Shown here one piece after another: positions 61,218-64,000 of a DNA stretch of 64,000 bases. The translations under genes were made by a program, and so were the position numbers. Source of the DNA: Azolla caroliniana (taxonomy: Eukaryota; Plantae; Polypodiophyta); contig JBHGNT010000022.1 in NCBI GenBank assembly GCA_043228905.1, positions 6,696,001 through 6,760,000 of the forward strand. Direction: 5' to 3'. Numbering within the stretch: the stretch's first letter is position 1; the number at the start of each line of letters is the position of its first letter. Under the pieces are notes generated by a model. It was not told the origin of the DNA and searched no databases. It saw nothing but the letters and a program-made list of their open reading frames with translations.

Positions 61218-63855
61218 TAGAAAGAAGAAGATGCTAGAGTACGGCACGGATAGGAACGAGTCGGATCGATGCGAATCCGACTTCGAGAAGAGCGATGACG
61301 GGCCTTCAAAAGCGAAGTCTGTGTCGGCCAGAACGGCCTCAACATCGGCTAATGCGCAATTAGGCCGATCTACCCGCCAGAAGAACCCTGTTGTGCGGTT
61401 CGGATACAACGAGTACATGGCGCATCACTATGCGTACATGACACACGTAGCAGAAGTGTGTGAGCTAGAAAGCTACACAGAAGCGGCAAAGGACGTGAAT
61501 TGGCGTGCCGCCATGGAGGAAGACATGAACGCACTTGCTGAGAATAAAACTTGGGACCTGGTTGACGTAAAGCCGATTAGATGCAGGTGGGTGTACAAAG
61601 GTCAAGTACAACATCGACGGCTCGGTCAACTGATACAAAGCCCGGTTAGTAGCAAAAGGCTACGCGCAACAACACGGCATCGATTACGAGACGTTTGCGC
61701 CGGTCGCAAAGATGATGATTGTCCGTGTTTTGCTTGCGGTAGCCGCGGCAAAGGGGTGGTACTTACATTAGATGGATGTGAAGAATGTGTTCCTACAAGG
61801 TGATCTTGAGGAACAAGTGTACATGGTACAACCCCCCGGATTTCACTCCGGAACGAACACTTCGGCGGTATGTCAGTTGAATAAATCCCTTTATGGAATA
61901 AAGCAAGCCCCGCAGCTTGGAACGTGAAGATCATGAAACGATTGCGTCAAATGGGATTTGCGACGTCCAAATCGGACTCTTCATTGTTAGTCCTGCAAGG
62001 TCGACTTGGACCGGTTAGTATTTTACTTTATGTTGATGACTTGGTCATTGCCGGCGTTGACCTCGGTGAAATTGACGACGTAAAGCTCCAGCTTGGGGCA
62101 TCATTTGATATGAAGGACCTAGGGGACCTTCATTACTTTCTCGGGATCGAAGTGATCCAAACCCCCGAAGGCATACTGATCAGCTAACAACATTATGTGT
62201 TGAGTACGCTGTTCAAGTTCGGGATGGTATACTGTAAGTCCGTCTCACTCTTTTGGATAGAACCATGAAGCTTCGCCCCGACTCTGGAAAGGTCTGCGAC
62301 CCGAAAAGGTTTTGACAGATTGTCGAAAGCCTCATATACTTGACTATCACCCGACCGGACCTCAGTTACCCGGTCGGCTTGATTAGTCAGTTCATGGCGC
62401 GGCCAACCGAGGAGCACATCCAGTGCGCACAACGTGTACTCAGGTACGTCAGTGGCACTAAGGACCAGGGGCTACTATATCAGACCGATACTACCACGCA
62501 ATTAGTTGGCTATATAGATGCCGACTGGGCTAGAAACGTTGGCGATCGCCGATCCACATCCGGATTCGCGTTCTCCCTTGGGAGCGCCGCGATCGCGTGG
62601 AGTAGCAAGAAGCAGCCGACAGTTGCACTATCCAGCACAAAGGCTGAGTATCGAGGAGCAGCTGTCGCAACATGTGAAGCCCTATGGATCTTTAGGTGGA
62701 GGTGTCCGATTTGATGATGATCTACTACGACAACCTCAGCAACATCCAACTTGCGAAGAACCCCATCTTCCACACCCAGACTACGCACATTAAGATGCAC
62801 TACCACTTTGTCTGTGAGCGTGTACACAAACCGCCGACATTTTCACCAAGCCCCTTGGTCTAGACAAGTTGCGGCAATTCTTGGGTGCACTTGGGTTGCG
62901 GCACCTCGATGTGCCGAACTTGAGGGGAAGAAAAGTCCCACAAGACCACAGAAAGGAGTAGGAAAGGAGCGGAAGTGACCGCGACATCAAATCGGACAAC
63001 GAATTCGATTTTGTGTAGGTTAAAGAAGCCAAAGGTGGATCCACGGAAGAGTCCAGAAGCGGACGAGAGGGCAGCAGCCGAAAGAAAGAGCCGGAGCCAA
63101 CCAAACATGGGGGAGATGAAGCCAACAAGGGCGAGAAGGCCAAGATTGAGGATGAATTGGAGACAACCAATTCGGATAGAAGCAGAGACGAATCGAAGGC
63201 AGCCGATTCGGTTCGGATGTTTGATTCAGAGATGCCAAATCAATTGAAGGCCAAGTAGAATAAAGGGCAGGCGAATAGGCGCCAACACCGTGATAGCAAG
63301 GGAGTTGAAAAAGGCCGCACGAGCAGACAGGCCGACCTTAAGCGTCAAGGCACACGGAATCGAACGGGTCAAGGAGCGCGAGCGAGGTGTGAAGCCAAGA
63401 CAAACTAGAGCGAAGGACCGGAAGAGCCTCAAGTTGAGCTTGATTGGGAGTGTTGAGATACAAGCTCAACATTGACCAAATCGGTGCGTAAACCAGTGCG
63501 TAAACTAGTGCGCAAACCAGTGCGCAACAAGAGGCTCGGTCGGTGCGGAAACCGAGAGGCCGTTGAACAAATATTCCACGAGGGAATATATTTGGGAGTT
63601 AATGTAGGAGCTCAGTTATGAGCATTGAAGTATGTGTCAGTACTTCTTTCAGTCCGTATGGACTTGTATAGAAGTTCTCTCTGAGCACATCCTATGTACA
63701 TAGTTTTTACACATTATTTTGAATTTTAGTTTTTCTGTGTGTTTTCCCTCTCTGTCTCTCTTGCGTACATTGTGTCTTAAGCTCTCCATTAAACTTGTTT
63801 TTTTCCTCTGTTGGTATTTTGTGTTTCCTATAGCCTCCGCACGTAACATTTCACA
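61218..63855 (+). mobile_element. Ty1/copia copy G, 3' half (RT, RNase H, extension, 3' LTR 63451-63855)
   Basis: [31 protein letters not shown]; degenerate PPT TTGATTGGGAG; LTR TGTTGAGA...TTCACA similar to the copy B LTR. Confidence 0.9.
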
Positions 63856-64000
63856 GCGACCATGTGCGGTCCTCATCGAACGGGCGTGATCGACCATGCA
63901 ACCCTCACCGAGAACTGGAACACGAACAGATGGGAGCGACCATGTCTGGCCCTCATCGAGAACTGGAAATGTGAGCGACCATGTGTAGTCCTCATCGAAA
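63856..64000. repeat. Degenerate ~40-bp minisatellite running off the window
   Basis: (g)cgaccatg...cctca(t/c)cga recurs at ~63856, 63891, 63936 and 63975. Confidence 0.7.

Overview
Eukaryotic nuclear DNA from a land plant, most likely a fern or other non-seed plant (inferred from the P5B-type ATPase and the Tcn1-like and Trp-primed gypsy lineages). Bases 1-12 kb hold a hAT-type MITE and a multi-exon P5-type ATPase gene (minus strand; 3' exons not found in the window). From ~12.3 kb onward it is a nest of decayed transposons: seven Ty1/copia copies, a Tcn1-like chromovirus, a Tat-type gypsy with an extra RNase H, and a tRNA-Trp-primed gypsy with two different LTRs plus a related solo LTR. The most notable item is a 13.5-kb cut-and-paste DNA transposon (34323-47787; 27-bp TIRs, ATAT TSD). 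It encodes an intron-containing Sola2-like DDD transposase and, convergently, a ~960-aa multi-exon RING-H2 cargo gene, and the largest intron of each gene is built from its own tandem array. Removing the Sola-like and gypsy I insertions restores the host gypsy reading frame at both sites. Splice models, family assignments and counts were made by eye, with no database searches.
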